This document shows, one piece after another, positions 60,665 through 64,000 of a stretch of 64,000 nucleotides of DNA (positions are counted from its first letter, which is position 1; each line of letters starts with the position of its first letter). The notes under the pieces are model-generated. The model was given only the letters and a program-made list of their open reading frames with translations, was not told the DNA's origin and searched no databases. The position numbers and the translations under genes are program-made. Source of the DNA: an uncultured delta proteobacterium (lineage in GTDB: Bacteria; Myxococcota_A; Polyangia; Fen-1088); assembly GCA_963755125.1 (NCBI GenBank), contig CAVWIP010000008.1, positions 288,001-352,000 of the forward strand, given 5' to 3'.

Positions 60665-61482
60665 GGGATTGCCTTCCTCGCGGCGGACCCGCGCTTCCTC
60701 TCTGCGGCTTCCGCGCGGTCGAGGGAGCCGCATACCTTGGCGTGGAAGTCCCCGGCGCGGCTGCTCCGCTTCCGCATCGCCTCCGCGTACCGGGCCTTGT
60801 CTACGATCCAGGCCGGGGCCTGGCACTCCGCGATGATGGTGCGCAGCTCGGCGGCCAGGCCGGGCGTCCGCACGATCTTGAGGGCGTTCCGCTCGACCAG
60901 CGACGCTGCCGCGTCGGTCACGTCCATCGTCTCCAGGGTCTTCGCGGGATTGTAATGCGTGACCATCGCGTCGGTCGCCGCCTTGCACGCTGCCCTCGCC
61001 CGCTCGGGCAGGGGCCTCGGCGGGGCGGGGTCCTTGTCGGCTTCTGCGAGAATCCGGGGCATCACGAGCGCGATGATCTGGCCGTCCCTGGAGCCGGCGA
61101 CCGGCTCGCGCGGGCCGTCGCCCCACAGGTCGAGGCCCTCCAGGAGGGGCCAAAGGCGAGCGTCCACGCCCACCAGGAGGCGGGAATCATTGCGCAGCAC
61201 ATAGAGCCTGGCGGACCCGTCCGAGGACTCGCGCGGGCCGTCCCGGAGGGCGAGCTGGTTCCTCGGATCCCCAGGCAGCGCGTTCGCGTCTCTCAGGATG
61301 GCGGCGGAGGTGGCGGCGATCTCGCCGCCCTCCACCCGGGCGGCCCCCATCCGGTCGGAGAGCACAGCCCAGGGGCCTGCCCATAGCCAGCCCGGGGTGG
61401 TGGGGCAGGCGAAGGGCAGGGATGCGCGTTTGTCTTTCTCGACGACCAGGAGGGCGCGGGCGAGGGAGGTCTTCGTGATCAT
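60661..61482 (-). CDS. Hypothetical protein
   Basis: Start/stop overlaps with both neighbours; GC3-rich codons. Confidence 0.65.
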   Translation of the reverse strand: MITKTSLARALLVVEKDKRASLPFACPTTPGWLWAGPWAVLSDRMGAARVEGGEIAATSAAILRDANALPGDPRNQLALRDGPRESSDGSARLYVLRNDSRLLVGVDARLWPLLEGLDLWGDGPREPVAGSRDGQIIALVMPRILAEADKDPAPPRPLPERARAACKAATDAMVTHYNPAKTLETMDVTDAAASLVERNALKIVRTPGLAAELRTIIAECQAPAWIVDKARYAEAMRKRSSRAGDFHAKVCGSLDRAEAAERKRGSAARKAIP

Positions 61483-62018
61483 TGCTTCGTGTTCCGTCGG
61501 ACGTTGGCGCAGATCAGAGGATCCTTGTGGGCCAGCTTGCCGCCGCTCGCCTCCAGGGCTTTTTCGTTGGTGATCCCAGGCCCGCCGCATTCCCTGCAGG
61601 TGGCTATCACCTGTCTCGTGCCTCCGGGATTCTCCCCGGCGGGGCGCACGTTCTCGGCCTCTAGCCTGTAGCGTGGCCGGGGCTGGCCGTCCCGCGTCTG
61701 CTCGACGATCTTGGCCAGGAACTCGACGACCGGCATGGTCGATAGCTCGTACAAGGGAAGTTCGTCCTCGATGGATACCTCAGTGCTCGGCCAGGCCGAG
61801 CCCGCGGCGCCCTTCTTGATGGGACGGAGGACATAAGGCCCCCGCTCGCGCCGCTCGACCGCTGGCGCCGTGCCCACGATCATCAGCGGCCGATACTCGC
61901 TGCCGTCGATCCAGGGCCTGTAAACGCCGTTGAACCAGGTCCCGAAGTCATCCGGGGCGTCGACGAAGAACAGCGCGTGGTTAGAGTAACTTTCCCCGTT
62001 GTCGAAGATGTAGATCAT
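61479..62018 (-). CDS. Hypothetical protein with C-terminal CxxC motif
   Basis: MIYIFDNGESYS; ATGA overlaps on both sides. Confidence 0.6.
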   Translation of the reverse strand: MIYIFDNGESYSNHALFFVDAPDDFGTWFNGVYRPWIDGSEYRPLMIVGTAPAVERRERGPYVLRPIKKGAAGSAWPSTEVSIEDELPLYELSTMPVVEFLAKIVEQTRDGQPRPRYRLEAENVRPAGENPGGTRQVIATCRECGGPGITNEKALEASGGKLAHKDPLICANVRRNTKQ

Positions 62019-63946
62019 CGTTTCACCATCATCAATGCTGCCCTGACATTGGTGCCCTGGTCGGCGAATGTGCCCTCCGGCAGCTCCTCCCACGTAGTGG
62101 CCAGGGGGCGCAACTCCGCCTGCTGGCGGGGGCCGTTCGCGCACAGGGCGACGAGCCGTCCGCCGGGCTTCAGGAACTTGAGCGCGTGGAGGATGTGGGC
62201 GACGTCCTGGCCCTTGGAAAATGGGGGATTCATGAGCACGCAATCGTGGCCATCCTCGCTGTCAGGGCACACCGGCATACTGGTCGCCAAGAAATCGCAG
62301 CACGAGACCTCGAAGCCAGACGCCTGGAGGATGGAGCACAGCCTCAGATCGATCTCGATTAGATCGAGATGGACGCCCGGGACGGCACTCCGGATCGCCT
62401 TTGCCAGGTTCCCCGTGCCCGCGCTCGGCTCCAGCACGCACATGCCCGGCTGGATCTCCGCCAGCTCGACCATGCGCTTCGCCAGCGCTGGCGGCGTGGG
62501 GAACAACTGCGGCGCCACGGCGACCTGAACGCCGGCCTTGAGCGTGGCCTTGAGGGCCGCGAAGTCCTCGGCAGCCGGATCGGTCGCCCGCGGGGCTGGG
62601 GGCGTGCTGTGCTCGGGCGGCAGGGTTGCGATCTGAGGCGCCGGCTCCGGCGCTCCCGGCGCGGGCGGGTCCACCCGCTTCGCGTCGGTCAGGTAAACCG
62701 CCACCGTCGTCCAGCCCCCGCCGGAGGTGGCGCGTGTACGGTGCGCCCCATGCTCCTCGGTCGCCTCGTGGCGGATGGCCTGCGGCACGTCCGACATCTT
62801 CTTGTGTTCCCACTCGGCGCGTGTCATGTGGCGGAAGCCCTCGCCGGGATAGTTGCACATGGGCGCGAGCTTGGTCGCGGCCCTCACCTTCTCGGCGGCC
62901 CCATCGGCCGGCGCACGATAGTCGGAGATGTCTTCCACCGCGATGGTCGCCGCGAAATGCCCGAGCACGGTCACGCTCCGCACGGCGCCGGCGCTGCGGT
63001 TCACCTTCGTGATCACGTGCCAGCGCCCCCGCCGCAGCACCTGGCCGCCCGGCTGGAGGTCGAACTTGTCGGCCTTGAGCCCGCCACTCTCGCCGAGCAT
63101 GGCCCTCTCGTAGGCCAGGCGGTTTTCGAGGTGCGCGATCCATCGCGCACGGTGGACGATGCCCCGCTGGTTCATCGCCACCGCCAGGGTCCTCGCCTGC
63201 TCGGCCGTGATGATGCCGTCCTCCAGGGCGGCCCAGAAGCTCTGCTGCCCCTCGTACTGCGAGGCGGGCGGCTCGCGCGGGTACTGCGAGAGCGGGAAGC
63301 ACATGCTGTAGTGGTTGACGTTCGTGATCGCCTTCGCCCGCTCAAGGGTCAGCGGCTCGACCGCCCACAGCTTGAGGGCCTTCTCCGCCTTGTCGGTGTC
63401 GCGCCGGAAACCGCGCAACTCGGATTCGAGCTTCTTGATCCTACGGGCGCGCACGGCAGGCTTCTCCAGGTATCGTGCGTGCGCGATGGCGCTGGCCGCG
63501 CGTTCTGCCCAATAGGTCGAGGTTTCCCAGAGGCGCACGGCCCGGCGCATGCCGTTCTCGATTTTCTCGGCGTCGCGCCGGGCGTGGCGCTCGGAGTGGT
63601 GGCCCACCAGGATGGGCTGGCCGAGGGGGATGCCGTCGGCAATTGCCGAGACCGACTTGCGGGCATGCTCGGCGTCGACGGCTCGCTTGTCCTTGTAAGT
63701 CTCGAACCGCTCGGCGCGCTGGGCAGCCCGCTCCTCCGGGGTGGTCTCCTCGTCGCCGATCTCGCCGGCCAGCTCGGCGAGCAGGTCCTCCCGGGCGGGA
63801 GACCAGACAGCGTAGAAGAGATCTTGCTTGGGAGCCCAGCCGAAGTCGGCCGCCTTGACCCTGGCGTAGGTCTCGGCGTCGAGGCGCGAGCTGGCGCGGA
63901 GGCGGAGCTTGTCGTCAGCGGGATCATACGTGGCGTCGAATGTCAT
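62015..63946 (-). CDS. DUF3560 domain plus adenine DNA methyltransferase fusion
   Basis: ATYDP.DDKLRL, GQPILVGHHSERHARRD, RRIKKLE; QLFPTP, VLEPSAGTG, MNPPF. Confidence 0.88.
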   Translation of the reverse strand: MTFDATYDPADDKLRLRASSRLDAETYARVKAADFGWAPKQDLFYAVWSPAREDLLAELAGEIGDEETTPEERAAQRAERFETYKDKRAVDAEHARKSVSAIADGIPLGQPILVGHHSERHARRDAEKIENGMRRAVRLWETSTYWAERAASAIAHARYLEKPAVRARRIKKLESELRGFRRDTDKAEKALKLWAVEPLTLERAKAITNVNHYSMCFPLSQYPREPPASQYEGQQSFWAALEDGIITAEQARTLAVAMNQRGIVHRARWIAHLENRLAYERAMLGESGGLKADKFDLQPGGQVLRRGRWHVITKVNRSAGAVRSVTVLGHFAATIAVEDISDYRAPADGAAEKVRAATKLAPMCNYPGEGFRHMTRAEWEHKKMSDVPQAIRHEATEEHGAHRTRATSGGGWTTVAVYLTDAKRVDPPAPGAPEPAPQIATLPPEHSTPPAPRATDPAAEDFAALKATLKAGVQVAVAPQLFPTPPALAKRMVELAEIQPGMCVLEPSAGTGNLAKAIRSAVPGVHLDLIEIDLRLCSILQASGFEVSCCDFLATSMPVCPDSEDGHDCVLMNPPFSKGQDVAHILHALKFLKPGGRLVALCANGPRQQAELRPLATTWEELPEGTFADQGTNVRAALMMVKR

Positions 63947-64000
63947 GGGGAGCCCCCGATGTCGTAGCCGTCCAAGATCTTGCCGGCCCACGCGGCGCCG

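Larger units (their letters stand above)
36524..64000. mobile_element. Mosaic integrated element / genomic island at the tRNA-Leu 3' end; right boundary outside window
   Basis: Integrase abutting the tRNA, second integrase, xis, primase, ParB, DUF3560-MTase, pseudogene fragments, no housekeeping genes. Confidence 0.88.

Noticed and set aside
60665..61153. N-terminal part of the 518-aa ORF 59597-61153 (and likewise 59302-59757 of the MNT ORF)
   Set aside because: Overlaps upstream genes in another frame; coupled downstream starts at 60664 and 59301 are more plausible.
62015..63946. Restriction-modification system
   Set aside because: No recognisable endonuclease or specificity subunit nearby.
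36524..64000. Second att site (duplicate of the tRNA-Leu 3' end)
   Set aside because: No copy of GGGGGTTCAAGTCCCCCTCCTCGCA was seen by eye, including near the end of integrase 2; the boundary is probably outside the window.
36524..64000. Intact prophage or conjugative ICE
   Set aside because: No terminase, capsid, tail, relaxase or T4SS genes in the window.

Overview
High-GC bacterial window, most consistent with Myxococcota (pilMNOPQ followed by a roadblock/MglC-like gene, accBC, an SgmX-like TPR protein and a giant TPR protein). Bases 1 to ~36.4 kb are chromosomal backbone: mtnA, DUF1015, a tRNA methyltransferase, pgpA, mazG, phoH, GAF/HD-GYP, ybeY, VKOR-DsbA, DUF4105, DUF3015, thpR, glpK, a sigma-54 regulator, the type IV pilus operon, aroQ, accBC and TPR proteins. 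A tRNA-Leu(GAG) at 36440-36523 marks the start of a mosaic integrated element that runs past the window end. The element carries two paralogous tyrosine integrases (the first terminates inside the tRNA, antisense) and two 3' remnants of a third integrase family bracketing a TIR-domain gene. It also holds Kelch, Sel1 and BNR-repeat lipoproteins, an xis plus truncated DUF3854 primase module, a ~7 x 125-bp non-coding hairpin-rich tandem array and an orphan ParB. Two convergent operons near the end are rich in toxin-antitoxin-derived parts: a DUF2442-M41 peptidase fusion, a HEPN and an MNT that both lack their catalytic motifs, an acidic microprotein and a DUF3560-methyltransferase. All family calls come from motif recognition by eye; no database searches were run.
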